Assembly (NCBI GenBank): GCA_002309675.1
Contig: DBXX01000016.1
Span: 5,374-69,373 of the forward strand
Origin: Lachnospiraceae bacterium UBA1201
GTDB taxonomy: Bacteria > Bacillota > Clostridia > Lachnospirales > Lachnospiraceae
Direction: 5' to 3'
DNA length: 64,000 nt
Positions within the stretch are counted from its first letter, which is position 1. Each line of letters starts with the position of its first letter. The notes under the pieces are model-generated. The model had not been told where the DNA came from, did no database searches, and was given only the letters and a program-made list of their open reading frames with translations. Below are positions 9,333-17,391 of the stretch, piece after piece. The translations under genes and the position numbers were made by a program.

Positions 9333-9995
9333 TCAGATAAGGAAAAGCCCATCTTCCATCCTCAATAGCCTTTTAGCATGCTTTGCCACGGTCAGATCAT
9401 GTGTAACGACCATGATCGTTTTTCCATGTTTATTTATTATATCAAACACATCCATGATTTCCTTGCTGGTATTGCTATCCAAAGCTCCGGTAGGTTCATC
9501 TGCAAGAATTAGTTCATGATCAGAAACTAAGGCTCGTGCTATGGCTGTCCTTTGTTGTTGGCCTCCAGAAATATGGATAGGAAGTTTATCCCTTAGTTCG
9601 GCTATTCCCAATTCTTCTAAAGTATTCGTCACTTTTTTCTTTCTTTCCGTCGAATGAATGCCCTGAGCGATAAGCGGTAACTCAACATTCTCAAAAACCG
9701 TGTAGCGATTTAACAGAGCAAAATTCTGAAAGACAAAACTAATATGTTTTTTTCGAAAGATATGCAACTGTTTATAAGATAATTCATGAACAGCTACATC
9801 ATCAAATACATACGTTCCAGAAGTGGAGCTATCCATGCATCCGAGAATATTAAGAAGAGTAGATTTCCCACAGCCTGAGGGGCCCATAACTGCAATATAA
9901 TCACCATTACTTATCGATAACGATACTCCTCGCAGAGCATGTGTCTCTGTTCCTCCCGAAGTATATGTTTTACAAATATTATCCAATAGTATCAT
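9333..9995 (-). CDS. ABC transporter ATP-binding protein (MacB/LolD-like)
   Basis: From MILLDNICKTYTSGG: Walker A GPSGCGKST, signature ISGGQQQR, Walker B LILADEPTGALD. I use the ATG at 9993-9995, which abuts the stop of the upstream permease, rather than the longer ORF-track start at 10103. Confidence 0.9.
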   Translation of the reverse strand: MILLDNICKTYTSGGTETHALRGVSLSISNGDYIAVMGPSGCGKSTLLNILGCMDSSTSGTYVFDDVAVHELSYKQLHIFRKKHISFVFQNFALLNRYTVFENVELPLIAQGIHSTERKKKVTNTLEELGIAELRDKLPIHISGGQQQRTAIARALVSDHELILADEPTGALDSNTSKEIMDVFDIINKHGKTIMVVTHDLTVAKHAKRLLRMEDGLFLI

Positions 9996-9997
9996 AG

Positions 9998-11269
9998 TCA
10001 ATCCTTTACTTGAAGCAAGTCTATTATGTGCTGTCGACTGATATATGCGCAAGGAACAGCAACTGTAACAATATACGATATTAATGATAGTAACAAAAAC
10101 CATCTTAACGTTATAGTACTATGCATTAATTGATAAGTCATCGAACACTCTCTGGCATACCACATTCCAATACCATACGCTAAAACCGCAGACAAAACTA
10201 TCTTTATAAACTGTTCTGCAAAAATCATGGTCTGTACATCAGAGGGAAGTATGCCACTAGCATACCAAATACCTATCTTCTTTCGTTGTACCATCAGAGA
10301 TATTACAGCAGATGCAGTGGATGTCAGTATACATAATACGAACATAAATATCAGTAGCTTCATGTACATTTTTTCTGCTGCCATTTTGTCTGACGCCGAA
10401 TCAGCGAGTATACTATCTACGCTCACCATAGAAAGAATGATATTATACTCATTGCCAATATTCCTGACCTGCCGTTCAACTTGAATGGAATCTGCAGATT
10501 TATCTAGTTTCATATATAAAGCATTTAGTGGAGGAGTTGTACGTACGGATCGCATATCTGATGATCGAAATACAAACTGATAGTTCAGACTGTTCGTCTT
10601 ATAAAAATACGTTCCAAGTCCATTGTTGTTGGGCCATGTAGCGTCAGGATCTAAGAACCCGACGATCCTACATGATTTATCGCCGTAATGTAAAATATCC
10701 CCGATATTCAATATATCTGAAAATGAACTCCCCGCTAAAACCGGCCAATATCCATCAGAAGCAGATAAAAAGTCAGCCAAATAATCATCGCTACATTTCA
10801 GCATAAGATAATTCATGCAATCATCATCAACGATCAATGCAAGAGAATCATTGGACATGATACCTAATTCAAGTTCATCAACTCTTCGAGTACTCATGAT
10901 GTATTCATACTCTTCCGACCGAGATAACTCATCAAACCGAACTCGACTGTAATCATACCCGCAAACAAAATTAACTCCGTCTATAGATCGTATATCCTCC
11001 AAAAAATCCATATATGATGTCTGTTCATATAGAATCCTTGGGGGGGATGTCATATTCATGTACTGGAAATCAATCTTATAAACATCATCAATACCACTTT
11101 TGTATCCATCTATGTAGGTGTCATACTCAAAAGACTGTTCTTTCATGAGTGTCAATACCATATCAAACAAAAGGAAGGTACATATAGTCAGAAGGACGCT
11201 CAAAACCAATAGTTTTATCCTGCCCGTCATGAAATCTGTCATCAATAAAAATCTATCTCTGTTTTTCAT
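9998..11269 (-). CDS. FtsX-like ABC permease (single FtsX domain: N-terminal TM, large extracytoplasmic domain, three C-terminal TMs)
   Basis: The topology was read from the translation. The C-terminal part (KLLIFMFVLCILTSTASAVISLMVQRKKIGIWYASGILPSDVQTMIFAEQFIKIVLSAVLAYGIG) is FtsX-like. The ATGA start/stop overlap with the upstream permease is at 11266-11269. Confidence 0.75.
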   Translation of the reverse strand: MKNRDRFLLMTDFMTGRIKLLVLSVLLTICTFLLFDMVLTLMKEQSFEYDTYIDGYKSGIDDVYKIDFQYMNMTSPPRILYEQTSYMDFLEDIRSIDGVNFVCGYDYSRVRFDELSRSEEYEYIMSTRRVDELELGIMSNDSLALIVDDDCMNYLMLKCSDDYLADFLSASDGYWPVLAGSSFSDILNIGDILHYGDKSCRIVGFLDPDATWPNNNGLGTYFYKTNSLNYQFVFRSSDMRSVRTTPPLNALYMKLDKSADSIQVERQVRNIGNEYNIILSMVSVDSILADSASDKMAAEKMYMKLLIFMFVLCILTSTASAVISLMVQRKKIGIWYASGILPSDVQTMIFAEQFIKIVLSAVLAYGIGMWYARECSMTYQLMHSTITLRWFLLLSLISYIVTVAVPCAYISRQHIIDLLQVKD

Positions 11270-12363
11270 ATTCCATCACTTCTATCCTGTAAAGACTTAA
11301 TGGCTTCTTTTTGATCTAGTCGTCTTATGTGTCTCCACAAACTGAGCAAACAAGTTATAAACGTAAATATCAATATTATAATTACATTTTTATATGTGAA
11401 ACTCAATTTTATTCCAAGCATTCTTTCGCCCGCAAGTAGAAAAAAGCCTTGTATAAACGCACAAAAAATCGATGCCGTCAAAGCAAGTAGAAAAAGCTGA
11501 ATAAACAAATCTATCTTTAGTTGTGTAGAGGAATATCCCAGTGTCTTCTTTACCGATAATTCATAGCGCCGTTCGTAAATCCAAATATCAGAAGCTACAA
11601 CGCAATGCAAAACAGCAAAAGCATACAATAAAATGTAAAAATACGCCTCAGAACGAGGGCGTCCAATACTATCATCCGTATGACTTTGTATACCGGTCAA
11701 ATGAATAAATCCTTTACTATCCTCCAAAATCGAATACATCTCTTTATAACACGTATAGGTATCATTCGTATTGCTTTCAAGCAATAGATTAACCGTATCA
11801 TATAATCTCAGATGATCCATGGTTCTATCTGATAAATTCGTATACCAAAGAATAATATACCAGTCCAAGTATTCAGAACGGTTTGAGCCTATTATTCCAC
11901 TCACCCTGTAATCTGATCCATCTATAGATAGATAATCTCCTGCACTTTTTTTAAACATGTCTGCAACACTTTTTCCGATAACACATACTGGTTCTGCTTC
12001 CTTATTGATCTCAGGATAGTTTCCACTGATCAAAGGATAAATGTATTCAGTCGACCTAAACACCACATGAGCCTCTGTATTATACTCTACCTTTTCTTCG
12101 GACAAAGTGATATGGACGCCGGTCAGAGCTATATTGCAGTTAATATCAGCACGAATATTTGACAAATCAAAATCCTCTGTTTTTGTCAATTCCGCAATAT
12201 ACCTGCTCTTAAACTGCATCTGGTCCCGATCATCTTCATATTCCCCTATTTCGTTAAAAATAGAAAGTGAAATAAAAAGAGCGACAAATGCGATTATGCA
12301 AGAAAAGAACATATACAAATCAACAGCCGGATACCGAAAGATCTTTCTTAGTAGATTTCTCAT
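11266..12363 (-). CDS. FtsX-like ABC permease (second, distinct subunit)
   Basis: It has an N-terminal TM, an extracytoplasmic domain, and the C-terminal segment ERRYELSVKKTLGYSSTQLKIDLFIQLFLLALTASIFCAFIQGFFLLAG, which is typical of the FtsX fold. Confidence 0.7.
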   Translation of the reverse strand: MRNLLRKIFRYPAVDLYMFFSCIIAFVALFISLSIFNEIGEYEDDRDQMQFKSRYIAELTKTEDFDLSNIRADINCNIALTGVHITLSEEKVEYNTEAHVVFRSTEYIYPLISGNYPEINKEAEPVCVIGKSVADMFKKSAGDYLSIDGSDYRVSGIIGSNRSEYLDWYIILWYTNLSDRTMDHLRLYDTVNLLLESNTNDTYTCYKEMYSILEDSKGFIHLTGIQSHTDDSIGRPRSEAYFYILLYAFAVLHCVVASDIWIYERRYELSVKKTLGYSSTQLKIDLFIQLFLLALTASIFCAFIQGFFLLAGERMLGIKLSFTYKNVIIILIFTFITCLLSLWRHIRRLDQKEAIKSLQDRSDGI

Positions 12364-12427
12364 TTATCTTTCAAGATTTGAACACCTGTGAATGTTCTTT
12401 TTTCCTTTCAATCAAACTTATTAAAAT

Positions 12428-12457
12428 GCGCGACAGATAAATATGTATCTGCCGCGC
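12428..12457 (-). promoter_or_regulatory. Intercistronic GC-rich hairpin (weak or partial terminator) between the small secreted-protein genes and the transporter genes
   Basis: Minus strand reads GCGCGGCAGATA-CATATT-TATCTGTCGCGC followed by ATTTTAAT. It is a 12-bp stem in an otherwise very AT-rich spacer. Confidence 0.5.
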
Positions 12458-12483
12458 TGATACAGAAACAATTACACATATTT

Positions 12484-12936
12484 CTATTTGATCTTACGCC
12501 CTATATTGAACAAATACTTAAAATTTGAAACATACTGGCTGGATCTACAAGTAAAAAAGCCGCTACTTCCTTCTGAATATTTGAAAAACACTTCAAACTT
12601 ATCACCACTACAGTGAAACGAAATTGTATCCTCATATTCACCGGATTCTTGAAGTCTTTTACTGTATACTTCTTTTTTTTCATTATCATACACAGCAATG
12701 ATCAATTCACCCTTATGTAATGTCCCTGTATATTCGATTTTCACATCACAGGGGGAATATGATAAATACGCGCCCACTTCCTTCTTGCACCAACCATCCA
12801 CGAAATAATTCGTTCCTTCATTATCCATATTGATCTCAATTTCGGATTCTCCGTTTAAATGCGACTGAAACCCGAGAACGGTCAGTCCTGCTATAATCAG
12901 AAGCAAAAAAATAATTACAAATTTTTTCTTTATCAT
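12484..12936 (-). CDS. Small secreted or membrane-anchored protein, unknown family (150 aa, 4 Cys)
   Basis: The N-terminus MIKKKFVIIFLLLIIAGLTVLGFQS looks like a signal peptide or anchor. The SD GAGAGGGA lies upstream. The body looks beta-rich, and I recognise no family motif. Confidence 0.6.
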   Translation of the reverse strand: MIKKKFVIIFLLLIIAGLTVLGFQSHLNGESEIEINMDNEGTNYFVDGWCKKEVGAYLSYSPCDVKIEYTGTLHKGELIIAVYDNEKKEVYSKRLQESGEYEDTISFHCSGDKFEVFFKYSEGSSGFFTCRSSQYVSNFKYLFNIGRKIK

Positions 12937-12952
12937 AATCCCTCTCGTTTAA

Positions 12953-13420
12953 TCAACTCTCTTTATCTGATACCCAATCTGTTAAGGATTCATATATACC
13001 ATCATCCGAAACAAGTTTTCCCCGAACTTCAACACTTTTCACACTTTGAAACAGTGAGCCAAATGAATCAGTCCAACATGCCTCAGCCACATGCCACATA
13101 GTCGCGGAACCAACTCCACCCTTGTGCGTGTACCGAACATATCCGAACGCCGGACGAGCTGCATATTCAAAGTTAGAGCTTTCCGACGTTCCCTGTCCTG
13201 TAGCTACGCTATGCAGGAACTTTCCAGTTTTTACAGCTCGAAAAGCTGCAAATCCGGCATCTTCCCTGTACTCATGATACGTGTCTGTACATGTGTAACC
13301 TAGCATTCTAAAATTACTTTTGGAATCACTTAATCCATATGCATAAGCAACCACAATATTAGCTACACAAACAATCATTATCAACATAATAGTAACTAAT
13401 ATCTTCTTTTGTCGTTTCAT
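12953..13420 (-). CDS. Small secreted protein, unknown family (155 aa; predicted cleavage near AYA/YG)
   Basis: The signal peptide is MKRQKKILVTIMLIMIVCVANIVVAYAYG. The SD GGAGGG lies 7 nt upstream. The mature part is aromatic-rich with 2 Cys and an acidic C-terminus, and I recognise no family motif. Confidence 0.6.
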   Translation of the reverse strand: MKRQKKILVTIMLIMIVCVANIVVAYAYGLSDSKSNFRMLGYTCTDTYHEYREDAGFAAFRAVKTGKFLHSVATGQGTSESSNFEYAARPAFGYVRYTHKGGVGSATMWHVAEACWTDSFGSLFQSVKSVEVRGKLVSDDGIYESLTDWVSDKES

Positions 13421-13494
13421 TAAAATCCCTCCATGGTATTATTCTTCACCGGGGACATAGATGGCGCGTAATATCATACTCTCCGGCTGTAATA

Positions 13495-13523
13495 ATATTA
13501 ATAATAATTGCACAAATTGTCAA
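13495..13523 (-). promoter_or_regulatory. Sigma-A type promoter of the AT-rich island operon
   Basis: Minus strand has TTGACA (13518-13523), a 17-nt spacer, then TAATAT (13495-13500). It sits about 75 nt upstream of the 155-aa gene. Confidence 0.6.
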
Positions 13524-13588
13524 GTGAAATTCAGTAAACGGATCGGATTAATTGTCATTTATTAATGAATTATGTGTGAGCGCTTCAC

Positions 13589-14944
13589 TTACGAACGCAA
13601 TAGATCGATCGGCTGTTTGCGAAGGTAACTATGCAGAATGACATACTGCATGAAAAACATAAGCAAGAGCAGAATGCCCAATGCACCGGCTGCGACCCTG
13701 ACAAAATCCAAAACATTCAATTCCAATCGGAACATGATCAACGAACCGACATACTCATTTAGAATGAAGATCAATACGGCTGAACATACAACGCCGAACA
13801 AAACGGCAACAAGGGCGATATACAGCAGTTCATAAAACCCGATCTGCAGGATGCCTCCTCTTTGAATACCCATAGCACGTAGAATTCCGTTGTAGTGCTT
13901 GCGGTCCATTGCCCGCTGTGTGAAGATATTGTAGAGATGGATCAGTAGAGAAAATATGATCATTCCACCGAACAACGCTCCGACCTTGTTGACCAGGATG
14001 TCCACCGAAGTGATCTCATTGCAAGGCACGATTACCTCGCGATATACATCATTGTCATAATACATCCTGCTCCCTGCACTCCCGATCTGCTCTGAAAAAC
14101 GATTCGCAACCTTGGCATAATTCTTGTAGTTATCCACAGTGTAACTATGACGCATTCTCAAGGCAGACGTCTCTCGACGCAGTTCTTCATTTCCACGTAG
14201 CCAAATCTGCGGCATATACATCGTTCCATATTCACGGAAGTACTCTCCATCTATGATCCCAACGATCGTCACATGATCCATGACGGTCCCTTCTTTGTGG
14301 ATGAAGGAAACCGTTTTTCCCACATAATCCTCTGCGTCCTGAAGGATTCCATACTTTCGCAGCATGAAATCCGAAATCATGATCTCGTTCGAATTCTGCG
14401 GCTCACGGCCGAACAGTAGAGGGCTGTCCTTCCTGTTTTGATACTGATACTCTTCCAAACAAGCCCCGCAAAATAAGGTATCCGAAAGCAAGAAGCCGAC
14501 CTGAAATTCGATACTCCGCCCGTTATTTCTGCTCTGAAATGTCATACTGGGAGGGTAGAAACTGTTATCATCGACCCCCTGATGGATCTGGTCTTCACAC
14601 ACCATCGTCATAAATCGGTTCGAAGTCCGAACATACGTATCGCTTTGTAATACTTTGTCGAGATCCATCACCGCATACCGAATCGGTTCCGATAATTCCT
14701 CCCACGCATCCATCTCTGACAGAAGTTCAGATTCATCCTCCCCCTGTTCCGTATATACGGTAAATGTACTGGCCGAACGATAACCTTTCGTATATTTCTC
14801 ATTCGCATTCCCGATAGCAGCTCGCATAGAAAGCCAGGCTACCAGAAGCATCGATATAACGATGAGATTGATCAGGATCCGCAGCGTATTACGTTTATGG
14901 CAGCACAGATTATATCCGGCATTTGCGAAATAAAACTTCTTCAT
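13589..14944 (-). CDS. FtsX-like ABC permease
   Basis: The 451-aa product has an N-terminal TM, a large extracytoplasmic domain, and the C-terminal segment DRKHYNGILRAMGIQRGGILQIGFYELLYIALVAVLFGVV plus two further TMs. Confidence 0.7.
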   Translation of the reverse strand: MKKFYFANAGYNLCCHKRNTLRILINLIVISMLLVAWLSMRAAIGNANEKYTKGYRSASTFTVYTEQGEDESELLSEMDAWEELSEPIRYAVMDLDKVLQSDTYVRTSNRFMTMVCEDQIHQGVDDNSFYPPSMTFQSRNNGRSIEFQVGFLLSDTLFCGACLEEYQYQNRKDSPLLFGREPQNSNEIMISDFMLRKYGILQDAEDYVGKTVSFIHKEGTVMDHVTIVGIIDGEYFREYGTMYMPQIWLRGNEELRRETSALRMRHSYTVDNYKNYAKVANRFSEQIGSAGSRMYYDNDVYREVIVPCNEITSVDILVNKVGALFGGMIIFSLLIHLYNIFTQRAMDRKHYNGILRAMGIQRGGILQIGFYELLYIALVAVLFGVVCSAVLIFILNEYVGSLIMFRLELNVLDFVRVAAGALGILLLLMFFMQYVILHSYLRKQPIDLLRS

Positions 14945-14955
14945 ACCCTGCCCTC

Positions 14956-16164
14956 CTACTGCGATTCACTGCGCATTAGTTCAGTGATCTCTGCGGTTTT
15001 AAATGTTCGTTTTCCCAAAAAGCAGGCTGCCCAGGCCAGCACTGAAACCGCAATAAAACCAAACAGCGCAGTCCCGTTCCACACATTTGTCGATATATCC
15101 ATTTCAAAATGCAGATCGGAGAGGCAGACGGAAACGTAAGCCAGTAAATGCGGCGAAATAAACTGAGAAATCAAAAACGCGATTGCTAATACCCCCTGTG
15201 TTACCATGCACACCACAGTCATAATTCCTCGGGTCCGAAAGCCCAATGCCTTAAGCAAGGAAAAAAAGCGGGTTCGACGTGCAAAATAAGCACGTGCAGT
15301 CGCGAACAGAATACCCACTACCATCAGTCCTATAAAACCACACAATACATATAACAGGAACAATACCGTCATGTATCCGTCGATGACGGATTTGTTGTAT
15401 GAATTAGCAAAATAGTAATGCGATTTGATCTCATTGATGATCTTATTGAGTTGCAGGATCGAGTCCGGCTGAAGGAGGACCCGGTTTTCTTTCATCATCT
15501 TGGGAACGACCGATTCATAAACCGGAATCGTAACATAAAAGAATGCCATCTTACTATCGTCACGTCTGTATACTCCCGCAACCCTCGTCGATATCTTTGA
15601 ATTCATCCTGCCCGGAAGCTCCATCACATCGCCCGCGTAGCATCCTATCATTTCTGCCGCTTTATCACTCAACCAGATTTTGTAAGTAGAATTATCCTCC
15701 TCCGTCCACGGATCACCTGCCAACAAAACTTCATTCATCCTCGTGATAGAAGCATGTGTTTTATCTTGTACAACATCCCCGGTACTTCCACTCATGCCAA
15801 AGGATCGTGTAAACACCTCTCCACTTTCGCTATCCTGATATTCCTCCACGTAATACTGATTCTCTGAATCCGACGAATCTATTCCGATCAGATCACTCCG
15901 TATAGTCGGGAATTCAATGACCTTCAGCGGCATCTCTTCCAATGTCGGGAGAAAGCCAGCTGGAAGCTTATTCATTTCGATCACGTTGATATAGGAATCT
16001 GCAAATTCATCATCAAGCACATTCGGAATACGCCTTGTGACTAAAAGAATCGATATTAAAGATGCGAAAAAAAACGAGGCACTCAATAAGAAGACAACAT
16101 AAAAATGCCACTGTGTGCGAAGCTCGTCTCCCGCGATCTGTAAGCATCCCCTAAAGCGTTTCAT
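14956..16164 (-). CDS. FtsX-like ABC permease
   Basis: The start is taken at MKRFRGCLQIAG (ATG 16162-16164), overlapping the last 14 nt of the ATPase gene. The C-terminal FtsX-like segment is RRTRFFSLLKALGFRTRGIMTVVCMVTQGVLAIAFLISQF. Confidence 0.7.
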   Translation of the reverse strand: MKRFRGCLQIAGDELRTQWHFYVVFLLSASFFFASLISILLVTRRIPNVLDDEFADSYINVIEMNKLPAGFLPTLEEMPLKVIEFPTIRSDLIGIDSSDSENQYYVEEYQDSESGEVFTRSFGMSGSTGDVVQDKTHASITRMNEVLLAGDPWTEEDNSTYKIWLSDKAAEMIGCYAGDVMELPGRMNSKISTRVAGVYRRDDSKMAFFYVTIPVYESVVPKMMKENRVLLQPDSILQLNKIINEIKSHYYFANSYNKSVIDGYMTVLFLLYVLCGFIGLMVVGILFATARAYFARRTRFFSLLKALGFRTRGIMTVVCMVTQGVLAIAFLISQFISPHLLAYVSVCLSDLHFEMDISTNVWNGTALFGFIAVSVLAWAACFLGKRTFKTAEITELMRSESQ

Positions 16165-16831
16165 CGGCAACGATTCCTCCATCCAACATACGGATCCTGC
16201 GTTTTGCGCGTTTTGCGTCCTCCTCATTATGCGTAACAAGCAGAATGCTTTTACCTTCTCCATTCAATCGCTCGAACAAATTCATGATCTCCTTTGAATT
16301 CTCCGAATCCAGGTTTCCGCATGGTTCATCGGCCAGAATGAACTCTGGTTCGCCAACTAGCGCGCGGGCAATGCAGACTCTTTGCTTTTCCCCACCGGAC
16401 AGAGTGTCCGCCCGCTGTTTTGCCTTGTGAGCAAGTCCGACGGTCTCCAACGCTTTCATGACACGTTCTTTTCGTTCTTTCTTACCCACACCACCGATCA
16501 GCAGGGGCATCTCAACATTTTTATAGGCACTATAAGCTGGTTCCAAATAAAACGCCTGAAACACGTAACCGATCTTCCGATTTCGCAGATCAGCCCTTTT
16601 GTTTTCCGAAAGATCCTTCGTATTCAGTCCTCCGATCAAGACCTCCCCGGAGGTGGGCATATCGATCAGGCCGATCATATTCAAAAGCGTGGATTTCCCG
16701 CTGCCGGACTTTCCGACCACGGCCACATACTCTCCCGCCTCCATAGAAAATGACACATGAGCCAGCGCTTGCTGACTCTGTGTCTTTGAAACATATTCCT
16801 TCGTGAGATCACGACACTCTATAATCTTCAT
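16151..16831 (-). CDS. ABC transporter ATP-binding protein (MacB/LolD-like)
   Basis: From MKIIECRDLTKEY with SD GGAGGGG: Walker A GKSGSGKST, signature LSGGEKQR, Walker B ILADEPCGNLD. Confidence 0.9.
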   Translation of the reverse strand: MKIIECRDLTKEYVSKTQSQQALAHVSFSMEAGEYVAVVGKSGSGKSTLLNMIGLIDMPTSGEVLIGGLNTKDLSENKRADLRNRKIGYVFQAFYLEPAYSAYKNVEMPLLIGGVGKKERKERVMKALETVGLAHKAKQRADTLSGGEKQRVCIARALVGEPEFILADEPCGNLDSENSKEIMNLFERLNGEGKSILLVTHNEEDAKRAKRRIRMLDGGIVADETL

Positions 16832-16866
16832 GCTTCCCCTCCACACAAGTTTCTAAAAGCTCTTCA

Positions 16867-17391
16867 TTAATCGGACACAGGCGCATATCTCATATAAAAA
16901 ACTTCTTCGCCCGTCTCATAGTCCTCAGAAAAGATTCCAAATTTCCCCTCGCTCGGACAATATGTCAAAAAGGACTCTATTTCAAATCCATTTGCGAATG
17001 TCATCCGAATTTCTACCTCATAATATAACCTTGGGTCATCCTGGAACGCGTTTTCGTATACCTGATCATGAGGGATGAGGTAATGCTTATATCCTTCATA
17101 ATCAAAGTTCTCCTTCAAATCGGCTACAAACTCGTCTGCATCGATCTTCTCATCAATTTTCCGGCCATAAACTGCGGCCTGGAACGCACCAAAAATTTCG
17201 ATATACTCATCCCAAGCATATTTCTCAAGAATGATTCCCTTTCCGTTGACGACGATCCGTTCTTCCACGCCGTTTTCCGTCGTGCCCACATAGGTTCCGC
17301 TCGGAATCAACTGTTTCTTTCCACAGGCCGAAAGAGAAAGCATCAGCATTATCCCTAACATCCATAAAAAGAACCATTTTCGAAGTTTCAT
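16867..17391 (-). CDS. Lipoprotein, unknown function
   Basis: The lipobox is MLSLSACGKKQ. The ATG directly abuts the TAG stop of the upstream gene (TAGATG at 17389-17394). Confidence 0.65.
   Translation of the reverse strand: MKLRKWFFLWMLGIMLMLSLSACGKKQLIPSGTYVGTTENGVEERIVVNGKGIILEKYAWDEYIEIFGAFQAAVYGRKIDEKIDADEFVADLKENFDYEGYKHYLIPHDQVYENAFQDDPRLYYEVEIRMTFANGFEIESFLTYCPSEGKFGIFSEDYETGEEVFYMRYAPVSD

Noticed and set aside
9074-9340. An 88-aa plus-strand ORF between pheS and the ABC ATPase.
   Set aside because: It overlaps the T-box leader and a minus-strand terminator. It has no SD and an implausible composition.
12953-13420. The idea that the 155-aa secreted protein is a lactococcin-972-family bacteriocin.
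   Set aside because: Only the operon layout is similar. The mature protein is about twice as long, and I cannot align it by eye to the Lcn972 pattern as I remember it. I therefore report it as an unknown family, not as Lcn972.
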